A stretch of 64,000 nt of DNA from Bacteroidia bacterium (GCA_030431055.1 JAUIJA010000009.1:14665-78664), one strand, 5' to 3'. Positions 51,146-61,366 are shown, counted from the first letter of the stretch. Program-made: numbers and translations. The notes: generated by a model not told the origin, from the letters alone.

Positions 51146-52069
51146 ATGCATAAAATTGCCGTTATTATAATTAATTATAATTCTAGCGAATTAACTATCA
51201 ATTGTATCAATAGTATTGTTGAAAAAACTTCAACTACATTAGATTATGAAATTACGGTAATCGATAATGCTTCTGAGTTTTCAGACTATTCTAACCTTAA
51301 AGAAAAAATAAAGTCTATTAACTTTACTAACCTAAAACTGATTAGAAGTAAAATAAATACTGGTTTTGGTGGTGGAAATATGCTAGGCGTTAATAATTCA
51401 AATGCAGAATATTATGCCTTTATAAACAATGATTCATTATTAGAAAATGATTGCTTAAATATTATGCTAAAAGAAATGGAAAACAATTCTAGAATAGGGA
51501 TTAGTGGACCATTATGTCATACAGAAAAAGGTGATTTATTGCCAACTTTAGATTATTTTGCCTCTCCTTTAAAAGAGTTTTTTGGTCGTAAAATTTTACA
51601 TTCTTTATTTCCTAAAAAATATACAGACCGAATTAAAATTCAGAGTTCACTCAAAGAAGGACAATTAGTAGCTGGAAGTTTTATGCTAATTAAAAGTTCT
51701 GACTTTCATAAAGCTGGCGGATTTGACACTAATATTTTCTTGTATTATGAAGAAACTGATTTATGCTTAAGATTAAACAAACTAAATAAGTTTGCTTATT
51801 TAATTCCGAATGCAAAATTTATTCATTTTCATGGTGCAAGTACACCTAAATCTGAGAAAATTAAAATAGAATTAAAAATTTCACTACTATACGTAATTAG
51901 AAAACATTACGGCTATTTTAGTTATAAATTGTTGCTTACATATTTACAAGTTAAATATTTCTTTAGTAGTTTAATTAAACCCAAGCATCGAAAATTATTT
52001 TTAACACTCTTAAAAGGAGCTCCGCTTTCTAAATCGTTAAAGCAAGAGCAAGTTATACTTGAAAAATAA
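51146..52069 (+). CDS. Glycosyltransferase family 2 (WbbL-like)
   Basis: IIINYN, IDNAS, NTGFGGGN, FLYYEETD. Confidence 0.88.
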   Translation: MHKIAVIIINYNSSELTINCINSIVEKTSTTLDYEITVIDNASEFSDYSNLKEKIKSINFTNLKLIRSKINTGFGGGNMLGVNNSNAEYYAFINNDSLLENDCLNIMLKEMENNSRIGISGPLCHTEKGDLLPTLDYFASPLKEFFGRKILHSLFPKKYTDRIKIQSSLKEGQLVAGSFMLIKSSDFHKAGGFDTNIFLYYEETDLCLRLNKLNKFAYLIPNAKFIHFHGASTPKSEKIKIELKISLLYVIRKHYGYFSYKLLLTYLQVKYFFSSLIKPKHRKLFLTLLKGAPLSKSLKQEQVILEK

Positions 52070-52102
52070 TTTTTAAAAATTAATAAAATAAAAATAGTCT
52101 AA

Positions 52103-53302
52103 ATGAGTATCTCAAAAAAAATAAAAAATTATTTTAAAAGAAAAGAAATTTTAAAGCAGCAACCTAATGCTAAAATCCCTAATCTTCATTATTTTGACAA
52201 TAATAAGAGAACAATAGTTTTTATAACTGAATTAATTCCAACCTTTGATAAAGACTCAGGATCAAATAGACTCAAAGAAATATTATTAACCTATAAAAGT
52301 CTTAACTATAATTGTGTTTTGTTAATTGAAAACTGTTTATTATACAATAAGTATATTCATTTTTTTGCTGAAAACAATATCATAACTTATACAGAAACAA
52401 ATTCTTTTAGATCTTATATTGCTTTTCTTAAATCATTAAATAAAGTTGACTATTTCTGGTATTACGGACCAAATTCTTTTAAAAATTATTTTCCTACTAT
52501 TTCTAAAAAGTTTAAGCAATCAAAAACTATTTATGATATGATTGACATTCATTTTTTGAGATATAAAAGAGCTATTGAATTAAATCCTACTAAATTATCA
52601 CTAAAAAAAAGGTATAATAAATATTTTAAGATTGAAACTGAACTGGTAAAAAAAGCAGATATAGTTGTCGCTATTTCCGACAAAGAAAAGGAAGTTATGA
52701 CAAAATATATCGATTCAAAAAAATTGATAACTGTATCAAACATTCATTATCCAAAAATTGATAAAAACGAAGTTGAACCTTTTAAAAATAGAAAAGACAT
52801 TATTTTTATAGGTTCGACTCATTCACCTAATATTGATGCTGTATATTACTTATACCAAGAAATCATGCCAAAAGTTTGGAGCTCAAATCCAGAAATCAAA
52901 CTAAATATCATTGGAAATATTAAAGACGTTATAACCGATGTTAGCCATCCAAACATTAACTTTTTAGGTTATGTCGAAAATATAGAATCTGTTTTCTTAA
53001 AAAGTAAAATGATGGTTGCTCCATTACGTTATGGTGCGGGAGTAAAAGGTAAAATAGGTCAAGCTTTTGAATATTACTTACCTGTTGTTACAACAAGTAT
53101 AGGCGCAGAAGGTATGTTTTTAGAAAATAATACAAACGCTTACATCACAGATGACACCAATACATTTGTAAATTATATATTAGAACTAAACGATAATGAA
53201 GAAAAATGGAACCTACTTTCGAGAAATTCAGAAAATAGTCTTTATCCCTTTTCTACAGTAAAACTAAAAGAAACTTTAACTGAAATCGAAACTAAATTTT
53301 AG
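52103..53302 (+). CDS. Glycosyltransferase family 4-like
   Basis: DKDSGSNR, HSPNIDAV, APLRYGAGVKGKI. Confidence 0.85.
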   Translation: MSISKKIKNYFKRKEILKQQPNAKIPNLHYFDNNKRTIVFITELIPTFDKDSGSNRLKEILLTYKSLNYNCVLLIENCLLYNKYIHFFAENNIITYTETNSFRSYIAFLKSLNKVDYFWYYGPNSFKNYFPTISKKFKQSKTIYDMIDIHFLRYKRAIELNPTKLSLKKRYNKYFKIETELVKKADIVVAISDKEKEVMTKYIDSKKLITVSNIHYPKIDKNEVEPFKNRKDIIFIGSTHSPNIDAVYYLYQEIMPKVWSSNPEIKLNIIGNIKDVITDVSHPNINFLGYVENIESVFLKSKMMVAPLRYGAGVKGKIGQAFEYYLPVVTTSIGAEGMFLENNTNAYITDDTNTFVNYILELNDNEEKWNLLSRNSENSLYPFSTVKLKETLTEIETKF

Positions 53303-53312
53303 TTTAAGAAAA

Positions 53313-54536
53313 TTACTTAATCTCCTCGAAATTTTTTTGAGAAAGCGCAATTACCTTTGGTAAATTTTCTTTTGTATTAATTGAAAACTCAGATAAGTTA
53401 TTTATAAATCTTTCTAATGTTAGGTAAAAATCTTCCATTTTAGTATAACTAATCAAACTATTTTCAGCAGAAACTCCAAATAATTTCTGTAACCCAGAAA
53501 ACTTTCCTTCGTATGAAATACCAAACATTGGTTTTGCTAATGAATATCCTGAAATACCAAAGTGCATTCTCCCTGTAATTGTAAAGTCTACTAACTCAAG
53601 ATACGATTTCAATACAACTCCATTAGTGATATTATCTTTAAAATAAATGTCTAAATTTTTCTCCTTTAACTTCAAGTAAATTTTCTCAGCCAAATCACGA
53701 TCGTTCATTTTACCTCTTATATCGTGGTATAAGAAAACAAAAACAACATTTTTTTTATTTTGAATTTCTTCTAAAGTAGTTGTAAATTGATTTACATATT
53801 CTTCAATACCTACTTTGTGTGCTTGTATAGAATTTGGACAAATTGCAGCAATTATTTTTGATTCTGCTTTTTTAACAGAAACCCAACTTAAAAAATCTTC
53901 ATCAGAATTTTTATTATACGGGCATAAAAATGCTAAATCTGAAACTTGCTGAATATTTTCTATTGGTAAAAAGGTTTTGGCAACCTCAAAAGAATCTGGT
54001 TCACGAAGTTTAAAATGTGTATTCGGGATTAATTCTAGAAAATCTTTTTCCAATTCAGAGTTTATTATTCCTTTATTTAAACTAAACCCTAAAATACCAG
54101 TAGGAATATCATATTTATTTGCAAATTTTAAAACTCTACACTTAAAGGAAGGAAAAGAAATTCCGTATGAAGGTGTCATATTATCAGCCCCTAAAATATA
54201 AACTCCTCCTTTAAGTTTATGAAACTTAGGTGCGTATTTATACTTTAAATATGAAACATTATGCATAGTTCCGAACAAATCAACGCGTTCTAAAAATTTA
54301 CTTTCATAAATTGTAATTTTCTTATTTTCATCAAATTGATTAATAAATGTAACTGTCATTAATTCATCACCAAAAGAACCATCAAGATGAGTCGGCGGTA
54401 TTAAAAGTATTCCATCTTCTTCTTTCTCAAAAAAACTTAAAATTTGATTAAAGACATGATGAATATTCCACCTTAATTTTAAAAAAAAATAATGCTTTTT
54501 TGTTCTAAAACTATCGGTATTTTTGTTTTTTCCCAT
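53313..54536 (-). CDS. Polysaccharide pyruvyl transferase family protein
   Basis: GSFGDE, LREPDS, SDLAF, TGRMH. Confidence 0.75.
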   Translation of the reverse strand: MGKNKNTDSFRTKKHYFFLKLRWNIHHVFNQILSFFEKEEDGILLIPPTHLDGSFGDELMTVTFINQFDENKKITIYESKFLERVDLFGTMHNVSYLKYKYAPKFHKLKGGVYILGADNMTPSYGISFPSFKCRVLKFANKYDIPTGILGFSLNKGIINSELEKDFLELIPNTHFKLREPDSFEVAKTFLPIENIQQVSDLAFLCPYNKNSDEDFLSWVSVKKAESKIIAAICPNSIQAHKVGIEEYVNQFTTTLEEIQNKKNVVFVFLYHDIRGKMNDRDLAEKIYLKLKEKNLDIYFKDNITNGVVLKSYLELVDFTITGRMHFGISGYSLAKPMFGISYEGKFSGLQKLFGVSAENSLISYTKMEDFYLTLERFINNLSEFSINTKENLPKVIALSQKNFEEIK

Positions 54537-54583
54537 TCTTACCTTTTAATAATAAAATTAACTGCACTTTTACTAATTTACAT

Positions 54584-54591
54584 TAACTTTG
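54584..54591 (+). promoter_or_regulatory. -7 box upstream of tsaC
   Basis: TAACTTTG 23 bp before the ATG. Confidence 0.7.
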
Positions 54592-54613
54592 TGCATGGCA
54601 AAAATAACTAAAA

Positions 54614-55174
54614 ATGCATAACGAAATCCAAAAAGCCTTAGAAGTTATTCAAAACGGAGGTATTATCCTTTATCCAACGGACACCGTTTGGGGAATTGGT
54701 TGCGATGCTACAAATGAAGAAGCGGTGAAAAAAATCTATAAGCTAAAACAAAGAGCTGAAAGTAAAAGCATGATTGTTTTAATAAACGGAGATCGTATGT
54801 TATACCAAGTTTTTAATGAATTACCAGAAGTAATTTGGGATATTTGGGATAATACTTCTAAACCAACAACGCTAATTCTAGATAAACCTAAAAATGTTGC
54901 TAAAAACATCATAGCTGAAGATAATACGTTAGGCGTTCGCATGGTGAAAGAACCTTTTTGCTATAAACTTATGGAGCGAATGAAACGACCGCTTGTTTCA
55001 ACTTCCGCTAATATTTCTGGTGAGCCAACACCAAAATCTTTTAAAGAAATTTCTCCCGAAATTATAAAAGGTGTGGACTATGTTGTAAATTTGCAGCACG
55101 ATAAAATTGGCAACAAACCTTCGACGATTATTAAGTTATCACTTGATAGTCAGGTTAAGGTTATTAGAAAGTAA
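54614..55174 (+). CDS. tsaC: L-threonylcarbamoyladenylate synthase (Sua5/TsaC)
   Basis: YPTDTVWGIG, KLKQR, LVSTSAN. Confidence 0.93.
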   Translation: MHNEIQKALEVIQNGGIILYPTDTVWGIGCDATNEEAVKKIYKLKQRAESKSMIVLINGDRMLYQVFNELPEVIWDIWDNTSKPTTLILDKPKNVAKNIIAEDNTLGVRMVKEPFCYKLMERMKRPLVSTSANISGEPTPKSFKEISPEIIKGVDYVVNLQHDKIGNKPSTIIKLSLDSQVKVIRK

Positions 55175-55181
55175 AAGTTCG

Positions 55182-55251
55182 TTTGTCATTCTGAATGAAG
55201 TGAAGAATCTCATAATTTATGTGACTTCTCGACTTCGCTCGAAGTGACAAA
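55182..55251. repeat. REP doublet with TTTGTCA...TGACAAA ends
   Basis: TGTCATTCTGAATGAAGTGAAGAATCT plus TTCTCGACTTCGCTCGAAGTGACA. Confidence 0.85.
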
Positions 55252-55265
55252 AAGAATTACAAAAT

Positions 55266-56684
55266 ATGAATTACAAAGAACATTTAGATACTCCTATATT
55301 TAAAATAATTGCTCAAGCTGCTAGCGAACTCAAATTAGAGTCTTATGTTATTGGCGGATTTGTGCGCGATATTTTACTTAAAAGAAATCACAAAAAAGAT
55401 ATTGATATTGTAGCTGTTGGTAGCGGAATAGAATTAGCCTTAAAAGTTGCCGACTTAATTCCCAACAAACCAAAAGTTCAAGTTTTTAAAAACTACGGAA
55501 CTGCGATGCTTCGCTATCAAGATATTGATGTAGAATTTGTAGGAGCTCGTAAAGAAAGTTATAATTTCGATAGTCGAAATCCTGTTGTTGAAAACGGAAC
55601 GCTAAAAGACGACCAAGAACGTCGCGATTTTACTATAAACGCATTAGCTTTTTCACTTAACGAAAATAATTTTGGTGATTTAGTTGATCCTTTTAATGGA
55701 GTTACAGATTTAGAAAACAAAATTATTCGTACCCCTTTAAATCCAGATATTACTTATTCTGATGATCCGTTACGAATGATGCGTGCTATCCGTTTTGCTA
55801 CGCAGTTAAATTTTGAAATCGAAACTGAATCTTTAGAAGCTATTTCAAGAAATGCCGAACGCATTAAAATTATTTCTAGCGAACGAATTGTTGATGAATT
55901 AAATAAAATTTTAGCCACGCCAAAACCCTCAATCGGATTTTTATTGTTACACAAAACTGGTTTATTACACTTGATTCTACCTGAATTAACCGCATTAAAC
56001 AATGTTGAAGAAGTTGAAGGTCATACGCACAAAAACAACTTTTACCATACACTAGAAGTAGTTGATAATATTTGTCCGAATACAGATGATTTATGGTTAC
56101 GTTGGTCGGCGTTATTACATGATATTGGTAAAGCGCCAACGAAGAAGTTTCATAAAAAACAAGGTTGGACATTTCACGGACATGAGTTTTTAGGCGGAAA
56201 AATGGTTAAAAAACTATTTCAGCGTTTACACATGCCATTAAATCATAAAATGAAATTTGTGCAAAAAATGGTCATGATGAGTTCGCGACCAATAGTTTTA
56301 GCACAAGAAGAAGTTACCGATTCAGCTGTTCGTCGCTTGGTTTTTGATGCTGGAGATGATGTTGAAAACTTAATGATACTTTGCGAAGCAGATATTACCA
56401 CAAAAAACCCGAAAAAATTTAAACGCTATCACAATAACTTCAAGATTGTTCGTGAGAAAATTGTAGAAGTGGAAGAAAAAGATAGAGTTCGTAATTTCCA
56501 ACCGCCAATTGATGGTGAAGAAATTATGCAGTTGTTCAATTTGAAACCAGGACGAGAAATTGGTATTTTAAAAGAAGCGGTTAAAGAAGCTATTTTAGAA
56601 GGTGAAATTCCAAATGAATATGATGCTGCTTTTCAATTTGTTCTAGCTAGAGCTGAGAAAATGGGACTGAAGTCAATTCGTTGA
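55266..56684 (+). CDS. cca: CCA tRNA nucleotidyltransferase with HD domain
   Basis: GGFVRD, DIDI, RRDFTINAL, DDPLRMMRA, LLHDIGK. Confidence 0.9.
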   Translation: MNYKEHLDTPIFKIIAQAASELKLESYVIGGFVRDILLKRNHKKDIDIVAVGSGIELALKVADLIPNKPKVQVFKNYGTAMLRYQDIDVEFVGARKESYNFDSRNPVVENGTLKDDQERRDFTINALAFSLNENNFGDLVDPFNGVTDLENKIIRTPLNPDITYSDDPLRMMRAIRFATQLNFEIETESLEAISRNAERIKIISSERIVDELNKILATPKPSIGFLLLHKTGLLHLILPELTALNNVEEVEGHTHKNNFYHTLEVVDNICPNTDDLWLRWSALLHDIGKAPTKKFHKKQGWTFHGHEFLGGKMVKKLFQRLHMPLNHKMKFVQKMVMMSSRPIVLAQEEVTDSAVRRLVFDAGDDVENLMILCEADITTKNPKKFKRYHNNFKIVREKIVEVEEKDRVRNFQPPIDGEEIMQLFNLKPGREIGILKEAVKEAILEGEIPNEYDAAFQFVLARAEKMGLKSIR

Positions 56685-56721
56685 TTTGAAAATGTATCAA
56701 TTTGAAAATTAATAATAAATA

Positions 56722-57750
56722 ATGAAATCAAACAAACCAGTCATCATTTGGCTACTTTCAGGTTGTGTGTTACTTTTTATTATGGTAATGGTTGGAGGAA
56801 TTACACGTTTAACCAATTCTGGTTTATCAATGACCGATTGGCATTTAATTACAGATACTTTTCCACCAACATCGGAAGAAAAATGGAATGAAGCTTTTGA
56901 AGATTACAAAACCTTTCCAGAATACCAAAAAATTAACCAATACAAAACTGGCGGATTTAATCTAGAAGATTATAAATTCATCTATTTCTGGGAATGGTTT
57001 CATCGTTTTATCGGACGAATCATTGGAATCGTTTTCATCATTCCTTTTATCTACTTTTTAGTGAAAAAGAAATTAGACAAAGAAACCATCAAAAAGTGTA
57101 TTGTTCTTTTAGCAATGGGTGGTTTTCAGGGATTCTTAGGTTGGTTCATGGTAAAAAGCGGACTAATTGACAATCCTGATGTGAGTCATTTTCGTTTAGC
57201 TTTACACTTAACTTTTGCTTTTATTACGTTTGCATATACACTTTGGGTGGCTTTGGATTTAATTTATCCTAAAAAAACCGAAACACTTTATCCACAATTA
57301 AAGAAAATTGCTCAAATTGCTTTAGTTGTGTTGATTATCCAAATCATTTGGGGTGGATTTGTTGCTGGTTTAAACGCAGGTTTGGTTCACAATCATTGGC
57401 CATTAATGAGTGACGGACAATTTTTTCACGAAAGTATTTTATTAGAACAATCTAATATTCTAAAAGCAATTGTAGAAGGAAAAAGCGGCGTTCAATTTTT
57501 CCATAGAACGTTTGCTTATGTTGTCGTATTCTTAATGGTTTTATTATATTTCAAAAGCAAAAAATATTCTTTAAACGTACAACAACAAAAAGGAATTATC
57601 CTATTACAAATAGTTGTTTTATTACAATTCACATTGGGAGTTTTTACGTTGTTATTCCACGTGCCACTTTGGTTAGGGTTAGCGCATCAATTGGTTGCTT
57701 TTGGTTTACTAACTACGATGGTTTATACTTTGCATAGATTGAGTAAATAA
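56722..57750 (+). CDS. ctaA: Heme A synthase (COX15/CtaA)
   Basis: GGITRLTNSGLS, WEWFHR, VSHFRLALH, HQLVA. Confidence 0.93.
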   Translation: MKSNKPVIIWLLSGCVLLFIMVMVGGITRLTNSGLSMTDWHLITDTFPPTSEEKWNEAFEDYKTFPEYQKINQYKTGGFNLEDYKFIYFWEWFHRFIGRIIGIVFIIPFIYFLVKKKLDKETIKKCIVLLAMGGFQGFLGWFMVKSGLIDNPDVSHFRLALHLTFAFITFAYTLWVALDLIYPKKTETLYPQLKKIAQIALVVLIIQIIWGGFVAGLNAGLVHNHWPLMSDGQFFHESILLEQSNILKAIVEGKSGVQFFHRTFAYVVVFLMVLLYFKSKKYSLNVQQQKGIILLQIVVLLQFTLGVFTLLFHVPLWLGLAHQLVAFGLLTTMVYTLHRLSK

Positions 57751-57751
57751 T

Positions 57752-58522
57752 TTACCCAATCCAATCTTTAAAATCATTCACACGCTCGCGAGCAACAATA
57801 ACTTCATCAGTTTTGTATGTTGGAAGAATGAGTTTCAAACGAGAATTGGTATGCATTTGAATTTCTTCAATAGTTTTTAGCGGAATAATGTATTTTCGGT
57901 TAATTCTGAAGAAATCTTTCGGGTTTAACTCGCTTTCCACCACTTCTAAAGAAGCATCGACCAAATAATCACGATTGTCTAAAGTATGTAAATAAGTCCC
58001 TTTATTTTCGCTGTAAAAACATTCAACCTCATCAACTGAAATGATTTTTATTTGGTTTCCAACTTTTACCGAAAATCGCGATTTGTATTCTTTTTCAACT
58101 GGATTGACTAACATTCGTTTTATCGCTTCAAAATCTAAAGAATTAACAGAATTCTGCTGAAACTGATTTTTGAATTTTGTAATAGCAGTTTCAAGTTCGT
58201 CTTCATCAATTGGTTTCAATAAATAATCGATACTATTCAGTTTAAACGCACGCAAAGCATATTCATCATAAGCCGTCGTGAAAATTACAGCGCTTTTAAT
58301 CGGTTGGTTTTCCTTATCAAAATGTTCGAAAATCTCAAAAGATAATCCATCAGACAATTGAATATCGAGAAAAATTAAATCGGGTTGCTGATTAGTGTTT
58401 AACCAATTAATCGCTTCCTCAACCGAATGCAACATTTGGTTTACAACATAACCGAGTTTCTCCACTTTTCTGGTTAATAATCGTGCTGCTGGCTTTTCGT
58501 CTTCTATAATTATGATGTTCAT
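57752..58522 (-). CDS. LytR/AlgR family response regulator
   Basis: IEDE, FLDIQLSDG, TTAYDEYA, DYLLKP, FFRINRK. Confidence 0.95.
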   Translation of the reverse strand: MNIIIIEDEKPAARLLTRKVEKLGYVVNQMLHSVEEAINWLNTNQQPDLIFLDIQLSDGLSFEIFEHFDKENQPIKSAVIFTTAYDEYALRAFKLNSIDYLLKPIDEDELETAITKFKNQFQQNSVNSLDFEAIKRMLVNPVEKEYKSRFSVKVGNQIKIISVDEVECFYSENKGTYLHTLDNRDYLVDASLEVVESELNPKDFFRINRKYIIPLKTIEEIQMHTNSRLKLILPTYKTDEVIVARERVNDFKDWIG

Positions 58523-58554
58523 TTTTTGTTCTCAGTTTTCGGTTTTTTTTATTT

Positions 58555-58650
58555 CGTCACTTCGAGTAGATTTTGAAAAAATCGTATCGAGAAGTTAAAA
58601 TCCCGAGTTCTCGATACATTCCGATTAAAATAGGAACACTCGAACTGACA
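58555..58650. repeat. REP-like composite palindrome
   Basis: CGTCACTTCGAGT...GTATCGAGAA / TTCTCGATAC...ACTCGAACTGACA. Confidence 0.9.
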
Positions 58651-58671
58651 GTTTCAAATTCGCAAATCTGC

Positions 58672-58974
58672 TTATTGTCGCATTGATTTTTCTTTATCCA
58701 TAAGCTCTTTTATCTTGCGTTCTTCCCAGTTTTTACTAAATATTAAATTTGGTAAAAATGCTGAAAGTCCGTGTGCTAACAAACCTATTCCCCAAAAAAA
58801 TGGTGTCATTAATGTTCGCCATTGTATTAAACTTTCTCCATCTGGAATTTCTCTTGCATTCACATAAAAAACAACAATATTAATTGCTATATAAATAATG
58901 GCATGTCGGTAAAAACCTTTTATTTTTTTAACTCTCTTTTGAGCTTCTTTATATTGTATTTCTTGAGTGTTCAT
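58672..58974 (-). CDS. 2TM domain protein
   Basis: KRVKKIKGFYRH, WGIGLLAH, WEERKI. Confidence 0.88.
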   Translation of the reverse strand: MNTQEIQYKEAQKRVKKIKGFYRHAIIYIAINIVVFYVNAREIPDGESLIQWRTLMTPFFWGIGLLAHGLSAFLPNLIFSKNWEERKIKELMDKEKSMRQ

Positions 58975-58985
58975 ATTTTTCTGTT

Positions 58986-59288
58986 TTATTCCCATTTTTT
59001 AGTTTCTTTTTCTTTCTCTAAAATCTCATCGATTTTTTTCTGTTCCCAATCTTTTCCTAGAAAAGGAAAAATATCGAAAACTCCAAATGCGTGAAATAAC
59101 AACCCTATTCCCCAGCCCATCATTGGCCAAAAAAACCATAAATGTTTAGGTGAAAAATACAAGTTTATAAATAGTAAAAATCCATTTACAACTATGTAAC
59201 TAAATAAATGTCCGTAAAAACCTTTTATTTCTTTTACTCGTTCTTTTGCTTCTTGATACTTTTCGTAATCTGTTTTATATTGTTCCAT
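58986..59288 (-). CDS. 2TM domain protein
   Basis: ERVKEIKGFYGH, GWGIGLLFH, WEQKKI. Confidence 0.88.
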   Translation of the reverse strand: MEQYKTDYEKYQEAKERVKEIKGFYGHLFSYIVVNGFLLFINLYFSPKHLWFFWPMMGWGIGLLFHAFGVFDIFPFLGKDWEQKKIDEILEKEKETKKWE

Positions 59289-59337
59289 TGTTTTATTTTT
59301 TTTACTTTTGACTTTCAACTTTTGACTTTCGACTAAA

Positions 59338-60672
59338 CTATTGATAACGCTTATTTTCTTTGTCCTTATTTATTATTTCATTGATTTTTCTTTCTTCCCA
59401 ATCTTTTCCAAAACCGAAAACTTCAAATCCGTGAAAAGCAATTCCTATTCCCCAACCTACCATTGGGAACCAGAACCAATAAAAACTATTTGATGTATTT
59501 AAATTGATAAAAATTAACACAGGAATTACAATGCAATACGACAATACATTTCCATAAAATTCTTTTAACTTCTTTACTCTTTCTGCGGCTTTTACATAAG
59601 CCATATCTTCATTATATTTTATTGGTGTTTCCATAATATTTATTTGTTTTGTTAAAATAGGTAGTTTTACTACAAAAGCCTCATCTGTATCTTCTACTCG
59701 TACATTTCTATTGGTTAAAATCGCATATCGGTTAACGATATTTTGTAAACCAACTCCTTTTCTATCGCGTAAAACTTCCTTTTTTTGTTTGTTGTTTTTT
59801 ACTATTAATTCGTTATTTTCTATTGCAATTGTTATATGCAATGGTTTTTGTTCGCTTACAACATTGTGTTTTATACAGTTTTCTAAAAGTAACTGCAACG
59901 ATAACGGAACTACTTTTGCTTCTGTGTTTTCAAAATCTTCAGGCAATTCAAAAGACAGACTGTTTTCGAAACGCATTTTTAGTAAATTCATATACGTTTT
60001 TGCAAATCGCAATTCTTCATTAACTGAAACCAATTCCTTATCGCGTTGTTCCAAAACATATCGGTAAATTTTTGAAAGCGAAGTTGTAAACTTTTGAGCA
60101 TTTTCCGGATTTTCCTCAATTAATGAACTCAACACATTTAAACTGTTGAATAAAAAATGAGGATCGAGCTGACTTTTTAAACTTTCAAATTGCGCCGATG
60201 CTGTTCCGGCAATAATCTTCTCTTGTTTTACTCTGTTTTCTTGGTACGTTTTATAAAAATACACCAAGTGAATAACCAACGAAACAATTACTGTTATTAC
60301 TAAAGCTACTACGTAATTTGATGCTGTTTCTTCTTGAAAAAAATGTTCTAAACTTACATTTTCAAACCAAACTTCTTCTACAATTCGCAAAGCGAAAATA
60401 GCCAATCCTGAAATTAAAAATGAAGCTAAAAAACCTATTACTAAACGCTTTAAATGAAATCTATTTTTAGCAAAGAACTTATCTAGTTGAATAAATACAA
60501 GCGCATTAGCAAAATATAAAACCACACTGTATAAAATCGTAAATAGAAAATTCCATTTTAAGATTGTTATACTTGGCAATTGCTTATTGTATAAGTAATT
60601 TATCACTTGTAAAACAATGAAGATAAATCCTCCTATACTTAATGCTTTTATAAATTCTCTTTTAATATTCAT
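59338..60672 (-). CDS. LytS/YehU-type histidine kinase with C-terminal 2TM domain
   Basis: QLDPHFLFNSLN, ENCIKHN, GVGLQNI; C-terminal ERVKKLKEFY...WGIGIAFH. Confidence 0.9.
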   Translation of the reverse strand: MNIKREFIKALSIGGFIFIVLQVINYLYNKQLPSITILKWNFLFTILYSVVLYFANALVFIQLDKFFAKNRFHLKRLVIGFLASFLISGLAIFALRIVEEVWFENVSLEHFFQEETASNYVVALVITVIVSLVIHLVYFYKTYQENRVKQEKIIAGTASAQFESLKSQLDPHFLFNSLNVLSSLIEENPENAQKFTTSLSKIYRYVLEQRDKELVSVNEELRFAKTYMNLLKMRFENSLSFELPEDFENTEAKVVPLSLQLLLENCIKHNVVSEQKPLHITIAIENNELIVKNNKQKKEVLRDRKGVGLQNIVNRYAILTNRNVRVEDTDEAFVVKLPILTKQINIMETPIKYNEDMAYVKAAERVKKLKEFYGNVLSYCIVIPVLIFINLNTSNSFYWFWFPMVGWGIGIAFHGFEVFGFGKDWEERKINEIINKDKENKRYQ

Positions 60673-61295
60673 TATCGATTACATTCGTTAATTCTACTTT
60701 CAGCAATAGCTAAACCCCAACTTGGATGCCATTTACTTTCAGGTTTAAAGGTAGCAAAAAGTTCGATGGCGTTTTGTAATTCGTTACAATAAGGCGAAAC
60801 ATCTTGACCAAAATATTGCGCTTTTCCTAAATCGTATAAAGCTTTTTGTAATACAACTCTTGGGTTATTAGGAGCTATTTCTTTTGCTTTTTGAAATAAA
60901 AATTCAATATCAACAGAAAGACGTTGACCATTTATAAGCGGGTTATGTACTATCCAACCTGTATGAATTAATGCTTGTGTTATTAAAACTTCTGCATTAT
61001 TAGGTTGCAAAGTATTAACTTTATCTTGATAAGTCTGTGCTGTTTCAAGCAATTCCTTCATTTTCTCTAAATCATTTCTGTTTTCTAAAGCTTCACTTGC
61101 ATTTAGCAACGAAAGATAATAATAAGGTAACCAATTGTCTGTTTCTTGTGCTACTTCATTTTGAAATAAAACCTTAGCCTGTGCATTGTCACTTTGGTTA
61201 AATAAAGTTACGGCTTCTTCAAAATTACTTAATTTGTTTTGCGCCGAAAGTAATCCTACAATCATAAGCGCAATAAATGTGATAATTCGTGTCAT
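60672..61295 (-). CDS. Exported TPR-like helical protein
   Basis: Signal peptide; NWLPYYY, APNNPR, HPSWG. Confidence 0.75.
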   Translation of the reverse strand: MTRIITFIALMIVGLLSAQNKLSNFEEAVTLFNQSDNAQAKVLFQNEVAQETDNWLPYYYLSLLNASEALENRNDLEKMKELLETAQTYQDKVNTLQPNNAEVLITQALIHTGWIVHNPLINGQRLSVDIEFLFQKAKEIAPNNPRVVLQKALYDLGKAQYFGQDVSPYCNELQNAIELFATFKPESKWHPSWGLAIAESRINECNR

Positions 61296-61366
61296 ACTAT
61301 TTAGTTTTTTCTGATTTACAAGGCAAAATTGCGCAGAATCAGTCGTTTCAGAAAAAGTTCCTTACC

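Noticed and set aside
52603-54489. A8 (52603) and A9 (54481) runs in glycan genes as phase-variation tracts
   Set aside because: Such runs are expected in an AT-rich genome and frames are intact; read-level length variation would be needed.
12034-60067. Many 60-125 aa ORFs antisense to or nested in long CDSs (e.g. 24942, 27630, 30764, 42639, 49272, 59711)
   Set aside because: Fully overlap well-supported genes; typical shadow ORFs.
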